Part shown: positions 1 through 10,410 of the stretch, one piece after another
How positions within the stretch are numbered: the stretch's first letter is position 1
How the letters are laid out: each line of letters begins with the position of its first letter
NCBI GenBank assembly: GCA_965243205.1
Contig: CBDEUK010000002.1
Span: 32,001 to 96,000 of the forward strand
Reading direction: 5' to 3'
DNA: 64,000 nt
DNA from: Gammaproteobacteria bacterium
GTDB taxonomy: Bacteria; Pseudomonadota; Gammaproteobacteria; Eutrophobiales; Eutrophobiaceae
Translations under genes and position numbers: made by a program
Notes under the pieces: generated by a model
Database searches by the model: none
The model's input: only the letters and a program-made list of their open reading frames with translations
What the model was told of the DNA's origin: nothing

Positions 1-745
1 AATGAATAAAAATTGGTAGTGGTTTTTCTTTTGGTTTTAATAAATCCCAACGACGTAGTTGTTTTTCTAATTGAAACTGTTGTGATTTTGTGAAATGCCA
101 TTGTTTGACCATAGATTCATAATGTTTAGGTTTTAGGTTTGTTTTAGCAATTTCTTTTGCTAGAGACGCAATTCGATTGGTATAACCTTGAATAATTGGC
201 ATTTTATTTTGAATCAACTCGGTGACTTCACTTTTATCTATTTTACTAAATGGTTTAGTGCGATTATCTGAAACAATTTTAATAACATGTATCAATTCAA
301 AATTCGAAAAACGAATGGCTGAAGAATAAAAACCACTGGCTTCCATATCAATTAATGAACCATTGTATTCTTCAGAGGGTTGATCCACAGTAATACATTC
401 TGCTTTGTTATGACTGACATCAAAACAAAACTGTGGATACCAACGTTGTTCGCTGGCCTTATCAAACACCCTGCTGGCGAAGTAGAGTTCGCCGAGTTCT
501 GCATGGCCATGACCAGCGATACCGATATTGATCCAGGCTTCTCCAGGCTTACAGTCAAACAGAGAATAAGTGTAAGTAACCGCTGATGCTGAGGCTAATT
601 TTCCTAAACCACTCAACGTTAACGTGATAGATTTTTCATAATTGGTATAGACATCAAATGCATGTTCGCCATTCAACTTATCCAAATCAAAACCTTCTAT
701 AAGAGGTATTGCTTCAGCGAGGAATGCACAAACAAAATGCAGCAT
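1..745 (-). CDS. Nucleoside phosphorylase / MTA-SAH nucleosidase-like protein (3' end runs off the window; missed by the ORF track)
   Basis: Manual translation from ATG at 745 is open to position 1: MLHFVCAFLAEAIPLI...SGLGKLASA...WINIGIAG...IDMEASGF...IKIVSDN. The DMEA and K-x-V-S-D motifs fit the PNP/UDP phosphorylase fold. Confidence 0.7.
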   Translation of the reverse strand, partial: MLHFVCAFLAEAIPLIEGFDLDKLNGEHAFDVYTNYEKSITLTLSGLGKLASASAVTYTYSLFDCKPGEAWINIGIAGHGHAELGELYFASRVFDKASEQRWYPQFCFDVSHNKAECITVDQPSEEYNGSLIDMEASGFYSSAIRFSNFELIHVIKIVSDNRTKPFSKIDKSEVTELIQNKMPIIQGYTNRIASLAKEIAKTNLKPKHYESMVKQWHFTKSQQFQLEKQLRRWDLLKPKEKPLPIFIH

Positions 746-779
746 GTGTGTAATATCCAATTGTTATTATTGAGTGTGT

Positions 780-1598
780 TTATAAATACTGTGCGTATCG
801 TTTTTTATAATCGTTATACAGTTCTATATTATCTCGTTTCTTGGCGCCAGTCAGAAGAATACCTAGCTTTTCTTTCATCATGGCTTCGGTGAGTGACCGT
901 TGTTGGGCATTGAGTGTATCTGAATTTAAACGTTTTTCTAAGGCTACAATGCGAAATCTATCCATTCCCCAATGTTTTTGAGAAAGTTGATCATCATGAC
1001 CACCATATTTGATGATTAATGGTTCATCAATAAACAAAACGGAATGATCTGAACATATTCGTAACCAGAGATCGTAATCTTCACAAGCGGGTAAATTTTC
1101 ATCAAATAGCCCAATTTCATTAAATAGACTGCGATGTATCATCACAGCAGAAGGTGAGATACAACAAAGTGGAAGGCAATATTCATAAATATTTCCACCG
1201 TATTTTTGATGTTTATGTTTAGGGTTTACACGTCTGCCGTTTCTTACCCAGATTTCATCGCTATGAATTAATCTGAAGCCAGGGTTTTGTTGAATAGTTT
1301 CTAGTTGAGTTTCAAGTTTATTGGGCAACCATTCATCATCAGAATCCAAGAATGCCAGCCACTCTGATACTGATTCTTGAATTCCAGTATTTCTCGCAGA
1401 GCTGACGCCTGAGTTTTCTTGATGTATGTATTTGATATTATTGTAGTTATTTTGAATTAGCTCACTTGTTCTATCAGTGGATCCATCGTCAATGACTATA
1501 ATTTCATCGGCTTGATGCGTTTGTTTGAGTACCGAATCCAGGCATCGTTGGATGGTTGCTGAACGGTTAAAGGTGGGAATGATTACGCTAATAGTCAA
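780..1598 (-). CDS. Glycosyltransferase family 2
   Basis: ISVIIPTFN, VIDDGSTD, FLDSDD and EDYDLW motifs; TTG start. Confidence 0.9.
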   Translation of the reverse strand: MTISVIIPTFNRSATIQRCLDSVLKQTHQADEIIVIDDGSTDRTSELIQNNYNNIKYIHQENSGVSSARNTGIQESVSEWLAFLDSDDEWLPNKLETQLETIQQNPGFRLIHSDEIWVRNGRRVNPKHKHQKYGGNIYEYCLPLCCISPSAVMIHRSLFNEIGLFDENLPACEDYDLWLRICSDHSVLFIDEPLIIKYGGHDDQLSQKHWGMDRFRIVALEKRLNSDTLNAQQRSLTEAMMKEKLGILLTGAKKRDNIELYNDYKKRYAQYL

Positions 1599-1679
1599 TT
1601 TGAGAACCAGATACTAAAGTTTTGTAAATAAATGGCCGAAAAATAATTGTTGATAATAACTTTCGTTAGGGAGAGCAAC

Positions 1680-2054
1680 ATGGCGTATATTTTAGCCGTA
1701 GATGATTCGAAAACAATTAGAGATCTAGTATCTGCAATATTAATAGATGCTGGTCATCAAGTGGACGTAGCTGAAGATGGTGTTGAAGCTATGAAATTAG
1801 CACGTCAAAATCAATACCATTTGGTTCTATCGGATGTCAATATGCCGAATATGAATGGGAACAGCTTATTAAATAAATTGCGTAATATGGAGAATTATCA
1901 ATCGATTCCTATTTTAATGGTAACCACTGAAGGCGATGGTTATAAAAAAGATAAAGCTAAAGGGGCTGGAGCTTCAGGCTGGTTACAAAAACCATTTGAT
2001 GGTGAACGTTTAAGCTCTGCAGTTAACAGCTTACTTTCCAAACAAGCGGCCTAA
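1680..2054 (+). CDS. CheY-like single-domain response regulator
   Basis: ILAVDDS, LSDVNMP, TT and KPF receiver motifs; RBS GGGAG before ATG 1680. Confidence 0.88.
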   Translation: MAYILAVDDSKTIRDLVSAILIDAGHQVDVAEDGVEAMKLARQNQYHLVLSDVNMPNMNGNSLLNKLRNMENYQSIPILMVTTEGDGYKKDKAKGAGASGWLQKPFDGERLSSAVNSLLSKQAA

Positions 2055-2114
2055 AACTTTCTAATAGAATTCTTGTGTATTGCTATGTGGTTTTAAATCA
2101 CGTAGCGTTACACT

Positions 2115-2876
2115 ATGAATTTTCATCGATTTAAAAATAAAAACGTTGTTGTCACTGGTTCGAGTAGTGGTATAGGTCGAGGTCTAGCGCTTGCTTATGC
2201 GAATGAAGGGGCCAATGTTGTTGTTAACTATTGCCATTCCAAAGATAAAGCCGAAGAAGTTGTCAATTCAATAAAATTAAACGGTGGCAATGCGATTGCC
2301 ATACAAGCCGATGTTTCAAATTCAAATCACATACAAAATTTAATTACTGAAATTCAAAAAGTTTTTGGAACAATTGATGTTTGGGTTAACAATGCTGGCG
2401 CTGATATTTTAACTGGTTCAGCAGTCAATTTATCGTTAAGTGAAAAGCTTGAACGTTTAATTGAAGTCGATTTAAAAGGTACAATGAATTGTTCTTGGGC
2501 GATAGCACCTATCATGCAAGAACAAGGTTATGGCGTTATTCTTAACAACTCTTGGGATTTAGCTATTCATGGTTTTCAGGGTAGTAATCCACAAATTTTT
2601 GCAGCAACGAAAGCGGGTATCTTAGGTTTTAGTCGTTCTTTAGCAAAAAGTGTTGGGCCAAATGTTAGAGTGAATATTATGGCACCTGGTTGGATAGCTA
2701 CAGAATTTATTGAAAATGATATGGCGGACGATTATTACCAAGCACGTATCAAAGAAATCCCACTGGGGCGTTTTGGAAAGCCTGAAGATGTAGCTGGTGT
2801 TGCTTTATATTTGACCTCTGACGATGCAGCTTATATCACAGGTGAAGTAATAAATATCAATGGTGGATTAGTGTAG
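2115..2876 (+). CDS. SDR-family NAD(P)-dependent oxidoreductase (FabG-like)
   Basis: TGSSSGIG, NNAG, and C-terminal ITGEVININGG. The catalytic YxxxK reads FAATK. Confidence 0.88.
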   Translation: MNFHRFKNKNVVVTGSSSGIGRGLALAYANEGANVVVNYCHSKDKAEEVVNSIKLNGGNAIAIQADVSNSNHIQNLITEIQKVFGTIDVWVNNAGADILTGSAVNLSLSEKLERLIEVDLKGTMNCSWAIAPIMQEQGYGVILNNSWDLAIHGFQGSNPQIFAATKAGILGFSRSLAKSVGPNVRVNIMAPGWIATEFIENDMADDYYQARIKEIPLGRFGKPEDVAGVALYLTSDDAAYITGEVININGGLV

Positions 2877-2910
2877 TTTTTACTTTTGAAAAGTAATTAA
2901 ATTATATTTT

Positions 2911-3320
2911 CTTGTACTTTTCTTTGATGAGCAAAGAAAAGTACCAAAAGAAAGCTCACCCCGAATGACATGACCTTATGGTTTCCTTCGTCATTCGTTA
3001 TCACAACGGGTCGCTTTTACGCGATGTCCTATCGCGGAAAAGCTAAGTTTTACTTCCTGTAAAACTTTCCCTGTTCTATCTCATTCCTCAGCATATCATA
3101 CGGGTACTAGTCGGTTTTACTTATCTCCTATGAAATGCTGAGGAAGGAAATATTTTTAGGTCATCAAAACAAGGATGTTTTGATGAGTGCGACCGCGATA
3201 GGACATCGCGTGAGCACGGGCCGTATAAAATATTATCTGACGAGGGAAGCGCATTGCGCCATTGAATGGAGTGCCTTTTCTTTTGGTTCGTTTTCTTTGG
3301 GCAAGCAAAGAAAATGAATA
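2911..3320. repeat. Composite intergenic repeat, copy 1: two inverted ~200-nt units with terminal TTTTCTTTG...CAAAGAAAA hairpins and GGA-loop hairpins
   Basis: 3121-3320 is a near-identical reverse complement of ~9966-10165. Terminal hairpins at 2914-2944 and 3287-3318. Confidence 0.85.
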
Positions 3321-3326
3321 AACAAT

Positions 3327-3842
3327 TTAATAATGTAATAAAGAATGCACGTCGTATTCTTTTAATAAATCTCTGCCATTTAAAAAATCCAATTCAATGA
3401 CAAATGCACAACCGGCTACTTGTGCTCCTAGTTTCTCCACTAATTCGCAACTTGCGGCAGCTGTTCCACCTGTTGCAATAAGATCATCGACTAATAATAC
3501 CTGGTGAGATGATTCAACAGCATCAATATGCATATGTAGTTCAGCTGAACCATATTCTAAATCATAAGAAACGCTTTCAGTTCGATATGGGAGCTTGCCT
3601 GGCTTGCGCAATGGAATGAATCCTACGTCAAGTTCTGCAGCTACTAGTGAACCGAAGATAAAACCACGTGATTCCATGCCTGCGATCACATCAATGTTTT
3701 TTGTTCGATAGGGCTCAGCTAATGCTTTTACAGTATCTTGTAATGCTTGCGCGTTTTTTAACAATGGAGTGATGTCTTTAAATTGGATGCCTGGTTCTGG
3801 AAAATCCGGTATGTTACGAATATGCGCTGCGATGTGTTCCAA
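3327..3842 (-). CDS. apt: Adenine phosphoribosyltransferase
   Basis: PDFPEPGIQFKDIT, RKPGKLP, LEYG, and the PRPP motif VDDLIATGGT. Confidence 0.96.
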   Translation of the reverse strand: MEHIAAHIRNIPDFPEPGIQFKDITPLLKNAQALQDTVKALAEPYRTKNIDVIAGMESRGFIFGSLVAAELDVGFIPLRKPGKLPYRTESVSYDLEYGSAELHMHIDAVESSHQVLLVDDLIATGGTAAASCELVEKLGAQVAGCAFVIELDFLNGRDLLKEYDVHSLLHY

Positions 3843-3935
3843 CTATTTTCTCCAAATATTGTTCTTGAGTGAATGATAATGAACTCATAAGGTATAGTGC
3901 AAACTAATTTCAACAATTAATAATTAAGAGTAATT

Positions 3936-4604
3936 ATGATCGCGTTTGAACAAATTTTAAATCGGACTGCATCACGTTGTGATGGCTTAGCGGAAGTTGA
4001 AAAAGAATTACCAAAACCAAAATCACTAAAACAACTACAAAAACTCTCCGATGCAGAATGTTTATCATTAATGTCGTTAAGAATATTCAGAGCGGGTCTA
4101 AAACACAGCGTAGTTGATGCTAAATGGCCAGCTTTTGAAGAGGTGTTCTCGGGATTTAACCCTGAAAAATTACGTTTATTAAGTGATGATGATATTGATG
4201 GCTTTATGCAGGATACGCGTATCATTCGTCATTTTGGTAAGGTGAAATCCGTTAGAAGCAATGCGCAAGCGATAATAGATATACAAAATGATTATAAGTC
4301 GATGGGTGATTACCTAGCTCAATGGCCAATCAATGACATAGTTGGTTTGTGGGCAGATTTAAAAAAACGTTTTTCACAGTTAGGCGGAATGTCAGGGCCT
4401 TATTTTTTACGCATGGTCGGTAAAGATACGTTTATATTTACCAATGATGTCGTTAAAGCCTTAAATCAATTTGAAGTGATAGATGGCGAGCCGAAAACAA
4501 AGAAGGTGATTGCGACTGTACAAGATGCCTTTAATCAATGGCATGATGAATCTGAATATCCATTATGTGCTATGAGTAAAGTATTAGCGTTATCGGTTGA
4601 TTAA
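3936..4604 (+). CDS. DNA-3-methyladenine glycosylase I (Tag)-family protein
   Basis: IFRAGL, KWPAFEEVF, IIRHFGKV, LKKRFSQLG motifs. Confidence 0.8.
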   Translation: MIAFEQILNRTASRCDGLAEVEKELPKPKSLKQLQKLSDAECLSLMSLRIFRAGLKHSVVDAKWPAFEEVFSGFNPEKLRLLSDDDIDGFMQDTRIIRHFGKVKSVRSNAQAIIDIQNDYKSMGDYLAQWPINDIVGLWADLKKRFSQLGGMSGPYFLRMVGKDTFIFTNDVVKALNQFEVIDGEPKTKKVIATVQDAFNQWHDESEYPLCAMSKVLALSVD

Positions 4605-4606
4605 GT

Positions 4607-6790
4607 TTAGTTGATTGAGTTACTACCCGCGGTATCTGCTGCTGCTGTTAGTTTGCTTAAGGTCGTGTAATCAATTTTACCAGTGCCTAGTACAGGTAAC
4701 TCTTTAGCGTATAAAATATTTTTGGGGATAACTAACTCTCCATATCCATGTTCTTGGACAAAGTTTTGGTAGGTTTTTCGATCAACATCGTGATTGACTG
4801 ATACTAAAATTATTTTTTCACCTTTACGGTCATCTGCTAGATTAACCGCAGCAAGAGCAGAATCTGGCCAGATTTGTGTGGCGATTTCTTCAACTAATGT
4901 TAATGACACCATTTCTCCACCAATTTTAGCAAAGCGCTTTGCTCGACCGAGTATAGTGACGTAACCGTCTTTAATTTCAGCAATATCTCCAGTGTCATAC
5001 CATCCTGCACCCAAAGAGCATTCAGGAAACTGAATCACACCAGGTTTATCATGTAATAAATAACCTAACATGACATTAGGCCCTTTCACACATAAACGAC
5101 CGCCTCGTTCTATGCCTTCAACGGGTAATATTTGAGATTGCATTTCGGGTACCAATTTCCCAACACTCCCAGGTTGATTAAACATAGGGTTATTTACGGA
5201 TATGACAGGGCTGGTTTCCGTAACACCATAACCTTGATAAATACGTTTTCCATATTTTTCCATGTATAAGTGTGATGTATCTTCACGTAATTTTTCAGCC
5301 CCAGCGACAATGTATCTTGCAGAATTAAAATCATAAGGATGGGCATAGCGCGCATAACCTTGATAAAACGTATTGGTACCAAATAAAATCGTTGCGCCTA
5401 ATTCATAAAATAATTCTGGGATAATTCGATAATGTAGTGGTGTTGGATAAATAAACGTTTTCACGCCAGCCAATACAGGCGCTAAAAAGCCAGCTGTAAT
5501 TGCAAAGGTATGAAACATTGGTAAGCATGTAAAAACAAGATCTGAAGCATTAAAATCTATATTGTGATAAATCTGTGCGGTATTCGATAAGATATTTTTA
5601 TGAGATAAAACGACACCTTTAGGAGTTCCTTCAGAACCTGAAGTAAATAATATTACCGCAGGTTGATTTGTATCCAGGTTTGATATTTTATTTTTATAAC
5701 TGCGAATTATGAATAAACTTTGTAGCAATCCGTTTAATTTATCTTTTAAAGTAATTTGATCTCTTAAATCTTCAAGATAAATAATTTTATAATCTTGTTC
5801 CAGTTCTTGGATAACCGATTCTAATCCCGCTTTTTCAATAAAGGCTTTGGCTGTACAAATGGTTTTAATTTGTCCAGTTTCTAAGGCTTTCACAATATTT
5901 TGTAAACCTGCCGTGTAATTTAACATAGCAGGGGTACGACCTAAAAAATGTAGTGATAAAAATGTGACTGGTAGGGCAATGGTATTAGGTAATAAAACGC
6001 CTATAGATGATTCTTCATTGAAGTTAGCTTCTAATTTATTGCCAAGTACGACTGCTTTGAGCAATGCTTGTTGGTAGGTGATCGTAGCGCGAGTAATATC
6101 TTCAAAGATAATTCGTTTACTACCATATTGTTTTTTTGCATTAATAAAAGCTTGGAATAGTGTAATTTCATTGTTAACGGTATTGAATGAAACTTTATCC
6201 ATAATAGCTTGCATTTGGTTTGCAGCTTCTTTTCTACGATCGTGACCACTGAGGTTTGGATCAATACTAATTTTTTCAGGTGGCAAAACGGTAATAGTAA
6301 TTTTAGGAAAGAAACGAACATGTCCACGGTCTTTGACATATGAGAAAGGCGTATGTTGAGTACCATCAAGTGCTATTGGCAGGATGTCGGCATTTGTCTT
6401 ATCAGCAACTAAGCCAGGTCCTTCATAAACTTTCATAATTCTTCCTGTCGTCGTTAAACGTCCTTCAGGAAAAATAACAGCCTTATTATCTTCTTGAATA
6501 AATTTGATCATCGATTTTATCGATAATGGATTGTTCGCATCCATTCGAAATAGATCGACAAACTTTAGAAATAAAGTGAATTTAGGATCTTTAGAAATGT
6601 TGGTGTTGATCGCAAAGGTTGGTGTTTCGGGCAGCCATAAGTAGAGTAATAGACCATCTAAAAGAGAGGTATGATTGGCAACGATCAGTACACGATCACC
6701 AGCTTTTTGATAATGTTCCATACCGCTGACTTCGACTTTGTATAAAAGCCGAAATAAACAACGTAATAGGTATTTAGCAACATTAATCAT
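4607..6790 (-). CDS. aas: Bifunctional 2-acylglycerophosphoethanolamine acyltransferase / acyl-ACP synthetase
   Basis: N-terminal PlsC domain (NHTSLLD, FPEG) plus AMP-binding domain (FTSGSEGTPKG, GYGVTE, TGD). Confidence 0.9.
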   Translation of the reverse strand: MINVAKYLLRCLFRLLYKVEVSGMEHYQKAGDRVLIVANHTSLLDGLLLYLWLPETPTFAINTNISKDPKFTLFLKFVDLFRMDANNPLSIKSMIKFIQEDNKAVIFPEGRLTTTGRIMKVYEGPGLVADKTNADILPIALDGTQHTPFSYVKDRGHVRFFPKITITVLPPEKISIDPNLSGHDRRKEAANQMQAIMDKVSFNTVNNEITLFQAFINAKKQYGSKRIIFEDITRATITYQQALLKAVVLGNKLEANFNEESSIGVLLPNTIALPVTFLSLHFLGRTPAMLNYTAGLQNIVKALETGQIKTICTAKAFIEKAGLESVIQELEQDYKIIYLEDLRDQITLKDKLNGLLQSLFIIRSYKNKISNLDTNQPAVILFTSGSEGTPKGVVLSHKNILSNTAQIYHNIDFNASDLVFTCLPMFHTFAITAGFLAPVLAGVKTFIYPTPLHYRIIPELFYELGATILFGTNTFYQGYARYAHPYDFNSARYIVAGAEKLREDTSHLYMEKYGKRIYQGYGVTETSPVISVNNPMFNQPGSVGKLVPEMQSQILPVEGIERGGRLCVKGPNVMLGYLLHDKPGVIQFPECSLGAGWYDTGDIAEIKDGYVTILGRAKRFAKIGGEMVSLTLVEEIATQIWPDSALAAVNLADDRKGEKIILVSVNHDVDRKTYQNFVQEHGYGELVIPKNILYAKELPVLGTGKIDYTTLSKLTAAADTAGSNSIN

Positions 6791-6881
6791 GGTTTGTTAT
6801 TCCAATATTATTATTATCCAGCAAACATCTTTGCTATTTGAAAAGGAAAAACGTCATTACTAATGACACTATAGTGTTTTT

Positions 6882-8576
6882 TTAAGCGCCTGTTGGTTTT
6901 TTATCTGTATAAACATTAATGTTCTGACCGGGTTGTAGATAACGGCCATTTGCTAGATTATTCCAACGCTTTAATTCTTTAACACTTACTCCGAATTGTT
7001 TGGAGATTAACCATAATGAATCTCCGTCTTGCACTTCATAATCAACTTTGTATAAGCCGTTTGAAGATTTTTTCGAGGCGATTTTAATGTTATTGGGCGA
7101 AGATTGATCTGGTTTGATTTTTATGAGTAATTTTTGACCTAGGCGTAAGGTAGAACGACGATTGATTCCATTCCATCGGCATAGTTGAGCAACACTCACA
7201 CCATAATGACGACTGATGTCCCAAAGATTATCTCCACGCTTAATGCGGTAAATATAATCATTGCCATCGTTACTGCGTTTTAAACCTTTATATCTTCGAG
7301 AGTCTTGGCTGAGTGTATACGACTCTGGAGATCGTTTGGAAGTTGGAATTAATAGAAATTTTCCTGCACGAATTCGACTATTTTTTAAACGATTAGTCGT
7401 TTTGAGGGCATGTACATTCGTTCGATAAATCTGCGCAATTTGACTCAGAGTTTCGCCAGATTTAATTTTATGTTTACGCCAAGTTAAACGCTCGCTTTCT
7501 GGTAATGATGCTAATTTTTGGGTAAAAGAATCAGCGATATTGACGGGTATTAATAATCGATGTGGCCCATTAGGAGCCGTTGCCCAACGATTAAAACCTG
7601 GATTGAGTTGATAAATACTATCCATATCCATTTTCGTCATATCAGAAACAATTGCTAAATCAATTTGGTTTTTGATATCGACAATCTGAAAATATTTCTG
7701 ATTGCTTATAGGTTTAAATTGCACATTATGTTTTTGTTCATGAACTAAAATTTCTGCTAGTGCAATTAAACTAGGTACGTAATGCCGTGTTTCACGGTGT
7801 AATTTTAAATTCCAATAATCAGTGGGTTTTCCTTTTTTAGAATTATTTCTAATCGCTTTTTGAATATTTCCAGGACCTGCATTATAAGCAGCTAGGGTTA
7901 AAGGCCAGTCACCATTAAACTGCTGGTTTAACTGTTTAAGATATTTAATTGCAGCGTTCGTACTTGCCACAATATCCCGACGACCGTCGTACCACCAATT
8001 TTGTTTTAAACCAAACTGTTTACCAGTGGCAGGCATGAATTGCCAAAGTCCCGATGCTCGGCTAGGAGAATAGGCAAACGGTTGATAGGCACTTTCTACA
8101 ATCGGTAATAGTGCTAAATCAATCGGTAGGTCGTTTTGTTTGAGTTCATGAATAATGTAATGCAAATAGGGCGTTGCTCTATCTGCAACACGATCTAAAT
8201 ATTCTTGATTCTTTTTGTACCAACGAATTTTCTCTTGAACCGCAGGGTGGTTAATTGGTCGTTCAAATTCAAGTTCGCTTGCTATCACTTCCCATAAATT
8301 TGTTGCTTGAATCGTTTCTTCTGTTTCTTGTAATTTGAAATCTAATGCACGTTTTTTCTTTTCAATACGCGCTAACGATTCAGAATTAATGGATTTACTC
8401 AATTTACCTGATGGATGAACGACATAGACTGGTTTTTTCTCAGGTATAGATTGTTTTGAGGTAGATTTTGTAGGGGAAAAATTACAAGCACCTAAAGACA
8501 GAGATGCTATTATTATAATTATTAATTTACGAGTATTTAATATCAGCATGGAAGGCAATGCTATGGCTTGCAGCAT
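6882..8576 (-). CDS. mltD: Membrane-bound lytic murein transglycosylase D (SLT + LysM repeats)
   Basis: VESAY, GLWQF, AAYNAG motifs, three LysM repeats, lipobox LGAC; usual position next to yafS-rnhA. Confidence 0.9.
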   Translation of the reverse strand: MLQAIALPSMLILNTRKLIIIIIASLSLGACNFSPTKSTSKQSIPEKKPVYVVHPSGKLSKSINSESLARIEKKKRALDFKLQETEETIQATNLWEVIASELEFERPINHPAVQEKIRWYKKNQEYLDRVADRATPYLHYIIHELKQNDLPIDLALLPIVESAYQPFAYSPSRASGLWQFMPATGKQFGLKQNWWYDGRRDIVASTNAAIKYLKQLNQQFNGDWPLTLAAYNAGPGNIQKAIRNNSKKGKPTDYWNLKLHRETRHYVPSLIALAEILVHEQKHNVQFKPISNQKYFQIVDIKNQIDLAIVSDMTKMDMDSIYQLNPGFNRWATAPNGPHRLLIPVNIADSFTQKLASLPESERLTWRKHKIKSGETLSQIAQIYRTNVHALKTTNRLKNSRIRAGKFLLIPTSKRSPESYTLSQDSRRYKGLKRSNDGNDYIYRIKRGDNLWDISRHYGVSVAQLCRWNGINRRSTLRLGQKLLIKIKPDQSSPNNIKIASKKSSNGLYKVDYEVQDGDSLWLISKQFGVSVKELKRWNNLANGRYLQPGQNINVYTDKKPTGA

Positions 8577-8653
8577 CTGAGATCAAGTGAAATACGGTTA
8601 ATAATCTTCAAAAATTGATTATTATAGTAATTCAATAACTTACATTACTTATT

Positions 8654-9451
8654 ATGGTTGGAAATCAATCAACATTCAGTGTACCTAAAGTCCGTTTACG
8701 ACAACGATTAAGTCAGTGGTTTCGTCAAGAACCGGGTAATGGATTGAGTAATTTAGAACATGCGCATCTGGATCACGCTTTATCAAATCTGTTTGGGTAC
8801 CATATTTTACAAGTTGGTAACCTGAATAATGTGAGTTTGATTTCCAACAGCCGTATTTCGCATAAAATTATCTTGGATTTTTTTCGCGATAAAGATCCAC
8901 GGTCACAAACAAATTTAGTAGCAGATAGTGAATATTTTCCTATCGAATCAGAAACAATGGATGTTGTTGTCATGCCGCATACTTTAGAATTCGAATCTTC
9001 ACCGCACCAAGTATTACGAGAAGCCAATAGGGTGTTGATTGGTGAAGGTCACGTGATCATCACTGGATTTAATCCATGGAGTTTATGGGGCTTTTGGCGT
9101 TTGTTATTAGCTTGGAAAGATGAACCACCATGGAGTGGAAAATTCATCGCATTAAATCGAATCAAAGATTGGTTATCACTGTTAGATTTTGAAGTGATAG
9201 AAAGCCAGCATTTCTATTTTAGACCACCATTTAAAAATGCACGTTTAATGAATAGCCTTTTATTTATGGAAAAGATGGGAAAGTATTTATTACCTTTTCT
9301 AGGCGGTGTTTATATTATCGTTGCTCGTAAACGTGTTGATGCTGTCACTCCTATCAAACTACGTTGGAAAAAACGTCGTCGTCTGATCTCTGCTGGTTTA
9401 GCGAAACCTTCTACTCGATTACATTCATCAAAACGATTGAATAAAGAATAA
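8654..9451 (+). CDS. Class I SAM-dependent methyltransferase (YafS-like)
   Basis: [11 protein letters not shown]...[12 protein letters not shown]...GFNPWSLWG; syntenic with rnhA-dnaQ. Confidence 0.85.
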   Translation: MVGNQSTFSVPKVRLRQRLSQWFRQEPGNGLSNLEHAHLDHALSNLFGYHILQVGNLNNVSLISNSRISHKIILDFFRDKDPRSQTNLVADSEYFPIESETMDVVVMPHTLEFESSPHQVLREANRVLIGEGHVIITGFNPWSLWGFWRLLLAWKDEPPWSGKFIALNRIKDWLSLLDFEVIESQHFYFRPPFKNARLMNSLLFMEKMGKYLLPFLGGVYIIVARKRVDAVTPIKLRWKKRRRLISAGLAKPSTRLHSSKRLNKE

Positions 9452-9471
9452 TAGTCGTTAGCATACACAGC

Positions 9472-9909
9472 ATGTCTAAACGTGTAGAAATATTCACTGA
9501 CGGCGCATGTCGTGGAAATCCTGGCCCAGGTGGTTGGGGTACTTTACTGAGATTTGGTGAAACCGAAAAAGAGTTATACGGTGGAGAAGAAGATACCACG
9601 AATAATCGTATGGAATTAATGGCTGCTATTAAAGGCTTCGAAGCCTTAACGGAAAAGAATCTGCGAGTTGCTATCACGACGGATTCAGTTTACGTAAAAA
9701 GCGGCATTACAGAATGGATTAAGAACTGGAAGGCAAGAAACTGGAAAACTGCGAGTAAAAAGCCTGTTAAAAACGAAGATTTATGGCGACGTTTAGATGA
9801 ATTAGTTTCTGAACATGATGTTGAATGGTTCTGGGTCAAAGGCCACAGTGGTCATGAAGAAAATGAACGGGTAGATGCCTTAGCGAATAAGGGTATTGAT
9901 GAGTTGTAA
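9472..9909 (+). CDS. rnhA: Ribonuclease HI
   Basis: [30 protein letters not shown]. Confidence 0.97.
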   Translation: MSKRVEIFTDGACRGNPGPGGWGTLLRFGETEKELYGGEEDTTNNRMELMAAIKGFEALTEKNLRVAITTDSVYVKSGITEWIKNWKARNWKTASKKPVKNEDLWRRLDELVSEHDVEWFWVKGHSGHEENERVDALANKGIDEL

Positions 9910-9965
9910 ATACTTTTTTTAAAAAAGCATTCACAACTTTTTATTGTTTTATAAAATAAATTTAC

Positions 9966-10366
9966 TTGTTCATTTTCTTTGCATGCCCAAAGAAAACGAA
10001 CCAAAAGAAAAGGCACTCCATTCAATGGCGCTGTGCGCTACCTTCGTCAGATACTATTTTTAACGGCACGTGCTCACGCGATATCCTATCGCGGTCACAC
10101 TCATCAAAACATCCCTGTTTTGATGGCCTAAAAATATTCCCTTCCTCAGCATTTCATAGGAGAAAAATCTACTTTTACCCGTTGAGTCTTGCCGAATACT
10201 GAAACAGGCATAGTGGAAAATTCACATGGATGTGAATTTTAATGAAGCGAAACAGGAGGTTTCGTCTGAATGACACGTAATGACGGTTTCAGGATGAGGA
10301 AAACAAGACGACCGGGTGTCTTTGTCTTTGGTTACTTTCTATTGGACAAGCAATAGAAAGTAACAA
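9966..10366. repeat. Composite intergenic repeat, copy 2 (same family as 2911-3320)
   Basis: Left unit matches the reverse complement of 3121-3320. The right unit is diverged but has the same hairpin layout; terminal hairpin at 10331-10364. Confidence 0.85.
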
Positions 10367-10410
10367 ATAAAAACATTTATATTAATTTCAAAAATCAATA
10401 AACTAATTAC

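Noticed and set aside
3135-3317. 60-aa ORF (and the 78-aa ORF at 9966-10202)
   Set aside because: Both lie inside the non-coding repeat units, and the two copies give ORFs on opposite strands of the same sequence.
8576-8654. gloB absent between mltD and the yafS-like gene
   Set aside because: Ordinary synteny variation; the gene may lie elsewhere.
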